A stretch of DNA of 64,000 bases from Promethearchaeota archaeon (GTDB lineage: Archaea > Asgardarchaeota > Hermodarchaeia > Hermodarchaeales > Hermodarchaeaceae), in the NCBI GenBank assembly GCA_048939595.1, contig JBHLPI010000001.1, forward strand, positions 16,267-80,266, read 5' to 3'. This document shows positions 28,748-37,716 of the stretch, piece by piece; the stretch's first letter is position 1, and each line of letters opens with the position of its first letter. The translations under genes and the position numbers were made by a program. The notes under the pieces are model-generated. The model ran no database searches. It saw only the letters and a list, made by a program, of their open reading frames with translations, and was not told the origin of the DNA.

Positions 28748-30217
28748 ATGCAATTTACTGAAATGATCATATGGTTCTTCAGCCTTGTTGCTAGCCCTTT
28801 CTTCCCCTTCATCATATTTGCGATTCTAGCGTTGCTTACACCTGTTATCGATCGAGTCTTTCGAGGGAAAGTCGCCCCTTTTTGGGCACTCCTCAATCTT
28901 GCTATATTCGCAATATTAGTGCTGCCTCAATGGACGACCATTATTACTTCACCATCCGTCTCCACAACCCTCCTCCTAGATGGCATTAGCCTATTTTTCG
29001 TGACTCTTTTCATCGTCGTTGGTGTTGCCGTCATCATTGCATCAATTAACTACTTCGAGGAAAATCCCAACAAAGAGATCTACTACACATTACTGCAACT
29101 AGCCCTTCTAGGAATGATGTTGTTATCCATGGCAGTTGATTTAATTGTCATGTTCGCCGGATGGATACTCGTTGCTGTTAGCAGCTACACACTTGTGGTA
29201 ATTCGTAAAGACAATGCACAAGGTGTTGAGGCTGGCGTAAAGTACCTCATCATGAGCGCTGCATCCTCAGCAGTAATGTTACTTGGCATCTCAGTAATCT
29301 TTGGACTCACAGGAAGTACTCGATTAGTAGAGATTTCTTCGGCATGGACTACCCTTGATCCAAACCTTGTTCCTATCGCCCTACTAGGCGTAATGTTGAT
29401 TCTAGTTGGATTTGGGTTCAAAATGGGCATCATCCCATTCCATATGTGGCTGCCTGACACGTATGAAGGCGCCCCACAGCCAGTTTCCGCCTTTCTAGGC
29501 GGAGGCTCAAATAAAGCCGCTTTTGCTGTGGCTATCCGTGTCTTCATTTTAGGATTCCTGATCTTCCGCTTCCAATGGACTGCTGCATTTGCTTTTCTCG
29601 CACTAATAACTATGACGTGGGGAAACATTGCAGCTCTCTCACAAAAAACTCTTCCAAGGTTGCTCGCATATTCAGCTATTGCACAAGCGGGGTACACAAT
29701 AATCGGTCTTGCCGTACCAACGGTCTTAGGATTATCAGGCTTAATGTTTCATGCCTTGAATGATGGATTAGCCAAAACAGGAGCATTCATTGCAGCAGCA
29801 GCTGTCGCTTTTACGCTTACGAAAACCAAACTTTCTGGATACAATGGCTTAAGCAAACGAATGCCAATCACTGCTCTTAGCTTAACAATTCTACTTTTAG
29901 CACTTGCAGGTGTCCCTCCTTTGAGTGGATTTTTCAGTAAACTGATTTTGTTTACAGCAGCAGTCGAAGTAGGATTACTCTGGTTAGCACTCGCAGGTGT
30001 CCTTAATAGCGCGTTTTCACTTGCTTATTACGGATGGATAATCAAACGAATGTTTATGGACGAGCCTGACGAGGCGGTCACAGATCAGCCCGTCAGAGAA
30101 TCACGTAAATTCCAGTTTGTGCTCATCACACTAGCAGTAGCCACAATTCTCATTGGAATTTTTAGTGGTATAATTCTCGGATACATCGAAGCCATAGTGA
30201 TTGGGTTCTTACCTTAA
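28748..30217 (+). CDS. nuoN: Complex I subunit N (NuoN/ND2)
   Basis: GVEAGVKYLIMSAASSAVMLLGISVIFGLTG signature. Confidence 0.8.
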   Translation: MQFTEMIIWFFSLVASPFFPFIIFAILALLTPVIDRVFRGKVAPFWALLNLAIFAILVLPQWTTIITSPSVSTTLLLDGISLFFVTLFIVVGVAVIIASINYFEENPNKEIYYTLLQLALLGMMLLSMAVDLIVMFAGWILVAVSSYTLVVIRKDNAQGVEAGVKYLIMSAASSAVMLLGISVIFGLTGSTRLVEISSAWTTLDPNLVPIALLGVMLILVGFGFKMGIIPFHMWLPDTYEGAPQPVSAFLGGGSNKAAFAVAIRVFILGFLIFRFQWTAAFAFLALITMTWGNIAALSQKTLPRLLAYSAIAQAGYTIIGLAVPTVLGLSGLMFHALNDGLAKTGAFIAAAAVAFTLTKTKLSGYNGLSKRMPITALSLTILLLALAGVPPLSGFFSKLILFTAAVEVGLLWLALAGVLNSAFSLAYYGWIIKRMFMDEPDEAVTDQPVRESRKFQFVLITLAVATILIGIFSGIILGYIEAIVIGFLP

Positions 30218-30235
30218 TAAGATGAAATGAAGTGG

Positions 30236-31591
30236 TCATTCATTGGGTGGAGTTATTCGTAAGAATTGTCCAACAAGTGTAACGATGTCAACCACCGGTA
30301 TGTCCAAGCCAAGCCGTTGCATCCCATGAGTAAGATTAAGAACACAGAAAGGACAGGCAGAGACAACCATGGTCGCCCCTGTTTCCATAATTTCACCAAC
30401 ACGTTCCCAGGCCATGCGCTCTTCTAAAGGCATTACCGCCTTTTCTTCTTCGGAAAGTTCATGATACTCTCTTGTTAGGTTTTTTGCCGCCTCCTTAACT
30501 TGAGCTGGGGAACTGGTAGGTTTGGCATCATGGATTCGTTTTGCGGCGATCTCTAAGGCAAGCTCTGGTATTCCAGCTTTTACTCCACCCCCAGCGCCAC
30601 AACACCGTGAGTATTCTCGGGTGCGCTTCATCTCGACAAGTGTTATGCCAGGCAAAAGCTCAAGGATTCGTCGAGGCTCATCATAGACGCCTACATGGCG
30701 ACCAAGATGACAGGGGTCGTGATATGCTACACGTTCCTCAACACCCGGGAGGGGGTCAATCTTAACGGTTTCTAATTTCTTAGCAAGCAATTGTGTAATA
30801 TGTTGAACTTTGAAAGGTAACTTCCCGTAGTATCTTGGCCAATCGAAGACAGAGGTTCGAAAACAACCAGAGCATGAATACACAACGAGGTTCACACCTT
30901 TTTCTCTGATAGTGTTTACATTGTGTTGAACGAGGTCTTTGACGACTTCAATCTGTCCAGTTCGAATAAGTGGAGAACCACAGCACCGTTCATCATTTCC
31001 GGGTAATACAAAATCGATATTTAGCTTGTTTAGAATCCGAGCTGTGGTAATGGCGAGGTGTTGCATCTTATAAGAAGATGTACATCCCACAAAATATGCT
31101 ATATCTGCGGTCTCAGCTACTTTGACATCAGAAGGCAACCAATTTGATCGTGCAAGATGATCTTCTCCATACGGGTTATACTTGGTTTTAACATTAGTTG
31201 GCCATTGGCGCTGTCGTTCGAGTGGTCCAAAACCTTGCTTCACCATATCAGCGCGAATTGTTTCCCATAGACTACAACTTTTAATTCGTGATTCACACAC
31301 CGTTTGACACTGTCCACAGACTGTGCAAAGGTAAAGATCTTCCACAAACTTGTCGATCTTATTCTTATCAATAAGACTTCCACCTCTAGCCCGTCCCATA
31401 ATTCCGTAGACGTGTTTGACCATTTCTCGCAGATTTCGAATCTTTCCACGAGCTGTTACACCTTCGCGCTGTAACTGGTCAAAGACTGGACAGAACTTAA
31501 CACATTCCCCACAATCGACACAAGCATCGAGTTCCATCGTTTGTTTTCGAGTTAATTGTGGGAAACTCATTTTTTCTTTATTAGTTGTCAT
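30236..31591 (-). CDS. HdrD-like / GlcF-like iron-sulfur oxidoreductase with two CCG domains. Start uncertain: 31651, 31591 or 31570.
   Basis: Two ferredoxin-like 4Fe-4S motifs (CVDCGECVKFCP, CTVCGQCQTVCES) and two CCG cysteine clusters (FVGCTSS, RCCGSPL, HDPCHLGRH, CCGAGGG, CPFC). Confidence 0.75.
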   Translation of the reverse strand: MTTNKEKMSFPQLTRKQTMELDACVDCGECVKFCPVFDQLQREGVTARGKIRNLREMVKHVYGIMGRARGGSLIDKNKIDKFVEDLYLCTVCGQCQTVCESRIKSCSLWETIRADMVKQGFGPLERQRQWPTNVKTKYNPYGEDHLARSNWLPSDVKVAETADIAYFVGCTSSYKMQHLAITTARILNKLNIDFVLPGNDERCCGSPLIRTGQIEVVKDLVQHNVNTIREKGVNLVVYSCSGCFRTSVFDWPRYYGKLPFKVQHITQLLAKKLETVKIDPLPGVEERVAYHDPCHLGRHVGVYDEPRRILELLPGITLVEMKRTREYSRCCGAGGGVKAGIPELALEIAAKRIHDAKPTSSPAQVKEAAKNLTREYHELSEEEKAVMPLEERMAWERVGEIMETGATMVVSACPFCVLNLTHGMQRLGLDIPVVDIVTLVGQFLRITPPNE

Positions 31592-32306
31592 TCTCATCAA
31601 CACCCGTGACTTCGCGAATATATTCCTCCTCCCACTTTTCTTCAATCGCACTACGAACCATGATTATTGGCGCCGCAATGATATGCTGAAATTTTGAATA
31701 AAATAAAACGGCAATCATCGTCCATATAATGAATCCGTGAATGATTCCATACCACCCGCGAATACCGATAACATATTCATAGGAAAACGCTAAATGCCCT
31801 GATACTGCAATAGACAGCAGTAGAATCAACGGTAAGTAGTTATGAAAGTTTGTTACCGCTCGCCCCTCTTTCGAACCAATGCGGCTCCCAAAAGCCAGTA
31901 TTACACCAATTACTAGCATTATAGTCAATACATCATGAGCAATGATTCGCATTTCCAGAGTAGCCCAAGGAAAGAGAATGGCTTCATTAAGTAAAATGAG
32001 CCGAGGGATCCCATGGAAGAAAAGGAGACCTGCAAATCCCACCAAAATAAATCCGTGTTTCACCCATCTAAACATGGACTGACGTCTTATCGTTCCACCA
32101 AAAGTCCAATCAGAGATTACCGTCTTAATAAAAGCCACAAATTTTGTTCGAAAAGGCACATCAATGAGCCAACCAGCTGTATGCTCAGCAGGTTCTTCGT
32201 GTGGTTTCGTCCAACGGACGAGAATCCGAATGAAACCGATCGTAAACAGGGCTAACGCGATCCAACGATAGAAAAACAAAATTTGATACGCTAGCTCTTG
32301 TTCCAT
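31581..32306 (-). CDS. Putative membrane cytochrome b-type subunit (HdrE/DsrM/NarI-like), partner of the HdrD-like protein
   Basis: About 5 transmembrane helices with several conserved-looking His residues. It is immediately upstream of, and overlapping, the HdrD-like gene. Family assignment rests on context and topology. Confidence 0.45.
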   Translation of the reverse strand: MEQELAYQILFFYRWIALALFTIGFIRILVRWTKPHEEPAEHTAGWLIDVPFRTKFVAFIKTVISDWTFGGTIRRQSMFRWVKHGFILVGFAGLLFFHGIPRLILLNEAILFPWATLEMRIIAHDVLTIMLVIGVILAFGSRIGSKEGRAVTNFHNYLPLILLLSIAVSGHLAFSYEYVIGIRGWYGIIHGFIIWTMIAVLFYSKFQHIIAAPIIMVRSAIEEKWEEEYIREVTGVDENDN

Positions 32307-32480
32307 AAAATCGCACCTTTAACCTCTATTCAAACGCCCCAGATTTTCATCATAAGGCTTCCCAATTTACTATTCGTACCTCTTTTCAGACAGAACAGAC
32401 CGTGAAAAAAGAAAAGGGGAAAATTGGAGGGCGTGACAACAAGGTCAATAGCCCTCCAATTTCGTTTTCGTCATGTAAAT

Positions 32481-33179
32481 CTATGTCCATAATCCTAAAA
32501 ATCGTAGGAATGCGGTCTTAGATTCCTCGAGCTTAGGACCGAGCCACTGGTCCACACCAAGGTATCGACCGGCTTGATACATTCCTGCGACGAAGAATGC
32601 AACTGAGCCAAGGAAGTTGACACCAAATGTGGAGACACTCAGCCACCCGAGCAAGAAGAGGAATGTCCATTGCATGAGTACACCACCGAATGAACCTAAT
32701 CGAGTAAAGAACCCGAAGGTTAAGGAAAGCCCGACCAGAAGTTCACCTGCAGCAATTAATATCAAAAAGAACGTTGGATTCAATAGAATTACTATATTGA
32801 AAAACCCTTGAATATATGGGCTGGGAGCTGAAGATGCAGCAAGCATCAGAAGCCCATAGTTTGTTGAATACGCAGGATTGAGAAGCTTTTCTAAACCGCC
32901 ATGAAGAAATTCATAGCCTAAGGCTAATCGCAATGGGAGTAAGATTGCTAGAATTGGAAATTTTTCAGGCCAAATCCATCGCAAGAAGAATATAGTTGGC
33001 ACTAGAATAATCGCTAGTATAATGAGAGGTGACAAGGCTAAGCTGAGCCAAGGAAAGAGAATTGCTGGATCTGGAACCATCCACTGTGGTCCTAAACTAA
33101 GTAGGATAATGGCTAGAAGAATCGCATCTACGATCACTAGAAAGATAAGACCGATCCACTGATTTCGATTTAATTCCAT
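32481..33179 (-). CDS. DoxX-family membrane protein (DoxD-like), with extra N-terminal helices
   Basis: The C-terminal roughly 140 aa carry the DoxX-like motif LRLALGYEFLHGGLEKL and 4 transmembrane helices. Confidence 0.45.
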   Translation of the reverse strand: MELNRNQWIGLIFLVIVDAILLAIILLSLGPQWMVPDPAILFPWLSLALSPLIILAIILVPTIFFLRWIWPEKFPILAILLPLRLALGYEFLHGGLEKLLNPAYSTNYGLLMLAASSAPSPYIQGFFNIVILLNPTFFLILIAAGELLVGLSLTFGFFTRLGSFGGVLMQWTFLFLLGWLSVSTFGVNFLGSVAFFVAGMYQAGRYLGVDQWLGPKLEESKTAFLRFLGLWT

Positions 33180-33329
33180 GGTTATCTCTCCTAATGAGAT
33201 GTTAGAAACGAGAATTCGGGATTCCTTTTTATATATTATACTATTGTATTTGTGTTAAATTGAATAAATAGATAATTTGCCATGCTCTACCATATTCTAG
33301 TTTTTATCGTCTTTTCCCGCTTATCTAGG

Positions 33330-34046
33330 TTAGAGTCGAATTTCGAGTTGACACCCTTCATCTCCATGCGATCTACAGCTCACGCGTTCGACACTTCGAA
33401 TTGGTTGTCCGCACATTATTGTAAAAAGTGTCGGGTAGTAGCTATTGTGAAAGTGGCACATTAACCCTTCATATTTGAAACTAACTTCTTGGAATAAGCA
33501 ATTATAGGTACGGATTACAAGTGTCTTATCCTGAAGATGAACACTAGCATTGTAGCCAAGCTGATTTAGGGATTCGCCAAGTTTTTTTCGAAAGGTAGCA
33601 GTGCTCATGGGAACTCGGTGACTTTGACGCCATACTTGTGCAGTATCTTTCGCCGCTTGTTTTCCCATGTCTTGGAATAGCTCAATTGTGGCTTCCCTTC
33701 CCAATTTTCTTAAAAAAGTAGAAATCAGCATATCCGCAAGTTGCCAATATCGACGGGGAGGTGTTGTGATGATTAACGCTTTTTGGAGACAGTATCGTTG
33801 GGCTGGTCTTCCTCGGGAACGGGGCGCATCTATGTCGATTTGGCTTTCAGCAATAACTTTCAAGGCGAGAAGATCAACGAGAGTGTATCGGATAGCTGAT
33901 TCACTGAGATTTGTTCCCTTGGCAATATCGCTAATTGTAGAATTTGGATGAGTGGAGATGAATTCGATAATCCGAGTAGCCGCTCGCTGACTATGTATAG
34001 GAATTCGTGAGAGTGTTTCATTATCTATAATTAATTGGTTTGTCAT
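33330..34046 (-). CDS. Winged-helix transcriptional regulator with a C-terminal Cys/His-rich, putatively metal- or ligand-binding domain
   Basis: N-terminal wHTH (ISDIAKGTNLSESAIRYTLVDLLALKVI) and a C-terminal CHFHNSYYPTLFTIMCGQPIRSVERVSCRSHGDEGC. Start placed at ATG 34046. Confidence 0.5.
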   Translation of the reverse strand: MTNQLIIDNETLSRIPIHSQRAATRIIEFISTHPNSTISDIAKGTNLSESAIRYTLVDLLALKVIAESQIDIDAPRSRGRPAQRYCLQKALIITTPPRRYWQLADMLISTFLRKLGREATIELFQDMGKQAAKDTAQVWRQSHRVPMSTATFRKKLGESLNQLGYNASVHLQDKTLVIRTYNCLFQEVSFKYEGLMCHFHNSYYPTLFTIMCGQPIRSVERVSCRSHGDEGCQLEIRL

Positions 34047-34106
34047 TATTGATTCCCTCTGTGCTTCTTTAGAAGGTTGCACCCAGTGAAGTTAGCATTC
34101 TCGAAT

Positions 34107-34376
34107 CTAGCCATATTGAAATGCGGCTCCGAAGGTTCCTCGTGGGTAATTCCATTCGATAACACGTTTAGGGCAGAGAATTTTGCAGGTTCCACATTCA
34201 ATACAGTCTTCGTATTGGAATTGGAATTTGCCTCCTTCGATTTCAAAACACCCTGCGGGGCAACCAGCGATGCAAGGTTTATTTTTACAACCTTCGCATT
34301 CTTCAGTTTGCACAATGATATGTGGTTCTTTGTCGATGTTATAGCGAATAAGCCCAAGTTTTTCTGCGAGTTTCAT
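34107..34376 (-). CDS. fixX: FixX-like ferredoxin
   Basis: An 89-aa protein with Cys arrangement CEGC...CIAGCPAGC...CIECGTCKILCP and a C-terminal W.YPRG typical of FixX. Confidence 0.75.
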   Translation of the reverse strand: MKLAEKLGLIRYNIDKEPHIIVQTEECEGCKNKPCIAGCPAGCFEIEGGKFQFQYEDCIECGTCKILCPKRVIEWNYPRGTFGAAFQYG

Positions 34377-35656
34377 AATCCTCTCACCACTTGTAGTCCA
34401 TCCCGAATAAGTGATGGAATTGTTACGTTTCCTAGAACATGCCGAATTAGGTGCTGAACGAGTTTCTGTCGAGGCACACCACGTGAAGTAAATAGTTCGC
34501 GTGCGAACGCATTTACTAGATTAGGATACGTTGTGTGCACACGTGGATTGTTGAACAGGTATCGGGCCCGTTTGAAGGTTTTCATGTCTTTAAGAACAAA
34601 GCTGTCTTGGAGTGATTTTTCGTAGTACTTTAAGCTTCGCTTAGTGAAGTCGCCCGATTTAGACGCAGCTATTACTGTTTCAGCAGCAGCTATGCCAGAT
34701 GCAATAGCGAAGTTCATTCCTTCAAGAGCATAACCAATATTAAAGGCAAGACCTGCTGCGTCGCCTATGACTAAAAGACCATCCGTGTAGAGCTTTGTGA
34801 TGCCTGAAAAGCCTCCTTCGGGGACTAGATGAGCGGAATACTCTTTGAGGTCTCCGTTGCGAATTAAACGTTGGATGAACGGATAGGATTTGTAGTGCTC
34901 TATAAGGTCAGGTGCTGTTTCGCTGGTTACTTCGAATGCGGGAAGGAAGATAACAAGACCTAATGAAAGGGTGTCATGGTTTGTATAAAGAAAACCACCA
35001 CCCGGATAGCCTTTGGTACACCCGATGAAATGGTATGCTGCGCCCTCATTGCCGATAAGATTGAACCGTTCTTCAATGACATCCCGTGGAAGCGCATAGA
35101 CTTCTTTGATACCCAGCCCCATTTGTTCGGGTGTGTGGTCTTTTCGAAGGTTGGCTTTCTTCGCTAATTGCGAGTTGACTCCGTCTGCTGCAATCACCAC
35201 ATTCGCAAAGACTTCATCTGTCCCTGCTTTTACTCCGATAATTTGATTATTTTCCCAAAGTAAATCGTCTACTCGAATGCCGGGGGCAAGGAGAGCTCCT
35301 GCTTTTTCGGCTTCCTTGGCAAACCATTGATCGAACTTATAGCGGTTCACCGAATAACCATCATTTGGAAAGGGGGTACGTTTTCCTGATGAGAAGTCTA
35401 AGGTGAACGCAGAACCATTGGAGAGTAACGAAAGTCTGTGAGTTGTTATTCGTCGTTCAACAGGAGCTTGTTCCCAGTATTTCGGAATCAAGTTATGGAG
35501 CACTTGCCCATATAGAACCCCGCCTGAAACATTCTTTTCACCGGGAGTTTTTGCTCGTTCAACTAGCATAACCTGTAATCCGGCTTTTGCTAGTGTATAG
35601 GCTGCGGCATTTCCAGCAGGACCAGCACCAACAACAATTGCACTAAGTGAGTCCAT
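34373..35656 (-). CDS. fixC: FixC-like FAD-dependent oxidoreductase (ETF:quinone oxidoreductase family)
   Basis: AIVVGAGPAGNAAAYTLAKAGLQVMLVER FAD fold. It is followed immediately by fixX. Start placed at ATG 35656. Confidence 0.7.
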   Translation of the reverse strand: MDSLSAIVVGAGPAGNAAAYTLAKAGLQVMLVERAKTPGEKNVSGGVLYGQVLHNLIPKYWEQAPVERRITTHRLSLLSNGSAFTLDFSSGKRTPFPNDGYSVNRYKFDQWFAKEAEKAGALLAPGIRVDDLLWENNQIIGVKAGTDEVFANVVIAADGVNSQLAKKANLRKDHTPEQMGLGIKEVYALPRDVIEERFNLIGNEGAAYHFIGCTKGYPGGGFLYTNHDTLSLGLVIFLPAFEVTSETAPDLIEHYKSYPFIQRLIRNGDLKEYSAHLVPEGGFSGITKLYTDGLLVIGDAAGLAFNIGYALEGMNFAIASGIAAAETVIAASKSGDFTKRSLKYYEKSLQDSFVLKDMKTFKRARYLFNNPRVHTTYPNLVNAFARELFTSRGVPRQKLVQHLIRHVLGNVTIPSLIRDGLQVVRGL

Positions 35657-35836
35657 ATTCTTCGCCTTTAATTTTTTTGACTTCTTTACAAATAAGTGCA
35701 TAAAAAATGACTATATTATAACAATTATCAACTTCTTTACTGAGATTTCATAAAAATGTTAATAGACAAGTACGAGAGAACATAGGCGTTTCTACAGCTA
35801 TTTATGCGCTGAACGGAGAATTGTAAATGTGATTAG

Positions 35837-36211
35837 ATGACCGTTGAACAATTCGATTCTAATTACAGGGATGAAGCTGCAAAAATGCGAACGTTACTAG
35901 CAGCTCTTCGAACACTTGAAGCTATTCGAAGAAGCAAGCTAGCCGTGCTACGAACCGGCATTAGTGTATTGGCGATTTCCCTAACGATTATAACTGTTCT
36001 TATATCCACCTCTTCATTTTGGGATCCTGCAACAGTACTTGTCTTATTATGGTTCGTCGCAATCCTCCTTACAACCCTCTTGATTATTGGAACTTTTCTA
36101 TTTTGGCGCGGATTACGAGGAATGCGTGAAATTGACCGAAAACGATACAAGCTAGCCTTGGAAGTTGAAACTCTAGATCACACCTATAAAGGAATCTTTC
36201 AAGAGCACTAG
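35837..36211 (+). CDS. Small membrane protein (2 TM), hypothetical
   Basis: Two hydrophobic helices and a charged C-terminus. Confidence 0.35.
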   Translation: MTVEQFDSNYRDEAAKMRTLLAALRTLEAIRRSKLAVLRTGISVLAISLTIITVLISTSSFWDPATVLVLLWFVAILLTTLLIIGTFLFWRGLRGMREIDRKRYKLALEVETLDHTYKGIFQEH

Positions 36212-36231
36212 GCACGAATCAATAAAGTGAA

Positions 36232-37518
36232 TTATATTGAATTGGCCCTGAAGGCAAGAAATGGAGTCAATAGTTCATCTTTTGTTATTGAGCCATGACT
36301 GCTAAACAGCCCTGGCCAAGGAAGAAGCCCCACAGATTCCGTGGTAAAGTCTTCTCGTTCCACGCGAAGACTCACCCCGTTCCGTCCAATAAGGAGAAGG
36401 TCACCAAGTCTTTGAATAACCTTTCGGGTTACAGGTTTTGGAAGTAATTTACTTTGATCGAGTTCCTTAGGATTAAGTAGAATGCCCTTATCTTGAATTC
36501 GCTCTTGAAGCCACTTAGCTAGTTGACGACGTTTAGACGCAGAACGACAGTAAAAATGAGTGACTCGACCAGAATGGCCAGGCGGAATCTTGATTGTTCC
36601 TCGAATATCATCAAGTTCTTCGTAGGATATGGTGATCGAGCGTCCTTCTTGAAGAGGGTTTTGTCCGTGGTCACTACAAAGAATAATCGTCGTTGTCTTT
36701 GCTACAGAGCTTGGAAGTTGTTCAGTGAAGGCACGAAGTTGTTGATAGAAAGCATTACACCCCGTTTTATACTCAGTTGAGTAAGCTCCATATTTGTGAG
36801 CAAGTGTATCGATGAGTGGGAAGTATAGAGTTGTAAAAAGAGGGGAGGAGGGGTATTCATTAAGGACACGGTTTACCATTCCAAAGGCATCAATGAACCC
36901 ATTATAGGTGAAGATATTCTCTTTAAGGATATAGAACCGCCCGAGACCCGTACCCGGTATTTCCCGAGGAAGGCCTTCAGCTTGCATAAGTTCAGGATGG
37001 ATTCTCGTTAACAGGTCTGGGATGCCTGGAGCCCAAAGTAAGGTCTTTACGTCAATTCCAGCGGCAGCAATAGCATCGCGCCAGCGTGTTTTGTCACCCG
37101 ACATCTTCAGGGTATCAATGAGGGTGTTATATTCTCTAAAATAGATAACGTGCCCAAGAATGCCATGTTCACTTGGAGGGAGCCCGAAGTTAATACTGGT
37201 GATTGCCGAAGAAGTAATTGAAGGAAAGGTACTGCTAAGTGTTATACCATCCAAGTCTTCGAAGAAGCCTGAAAGCTTGGTTCCTTGGAAGTTTTGTAGT
37301 CCTAGACTGTCGACTATGCAGATTATGACGCGATCAGCATTTAATGCATTATTGGATTTAAGATGTTTTGCAACACTGGGAACACCAAAGAGGTCATCAC
37401 GCGGAATTGGTGCTTTGATACAGCGGAGCGCAGTGGGTAACACCCTGTAAATGTTTTGCGTGTAATCGGGGACAAATAGGTCATCTGTATTGGTTAAATG
37501 CGCTAGATTTAGAGACAA
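36232..37518 (-). CDS. Alkaline-phosphatase-superfamily enzyme (type I phosphodiesterase / nucleotide pyrophosphatase-like)
   Basis: N-terminal metal-site segment RVIICIVDSLG and C-terminal IILCSDHGQNP, both typical of PF01663-like members. Confidence 0.55.
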   Translation of the reverse strand: MSLNLAHLTNTDDLFVPDYTQNIYRVLPTALRCIKAPIPRDDLFGVPSVAKHLKSNNALNADRVIICIVDSLGLQNFQGTKLSGFFEDLDGITLSSTFPSITSSAITSINFGLPPSEHGILGHVIYFREYNTLIDTLKMSGDKTRWRDAIAAAGIDVKTLLWAPGIPDLLTRIHPELMQAEGLPREIPGTGLGRFYILKENIFTYNGFIDAFGMVNRVLNEYPSSPLFTTLYFPLIDTLAHKYGAYSTEYKTGCNAFYQQLRAFTEQLPSSVAKTTTIILCSDHGQNPLQEGRSITISYEELDDIRGTIKIPPGHSGRVTHFYCRSASKRRQLAKWLQERIQDKGILLNPKELDQSKLLPKPVTRKVIQRLGDLLLIGRNGVSLRVEREDFTTESVGLLPWPGLFSSHGSITKDELLTPFLAFRANSI

Positions 37519-37716
37519 TGTAAATCCTCATCGAAAATGTGTAATGTTGTGAAGCAACAGTCTTGTGTGATTTAAATCTGTACTAAAACGCGAAATCTTA
37601 GAGATTAGCGGAAAAATGGGTATCAGCGCTTTTCGGGAGCAGGGGACGAAAGACTCTTTATTAGTTTGAGTATAAGTGTTTAGAATAGGAGTAAACGGCA
37701 CAGGGGACTACTAATC

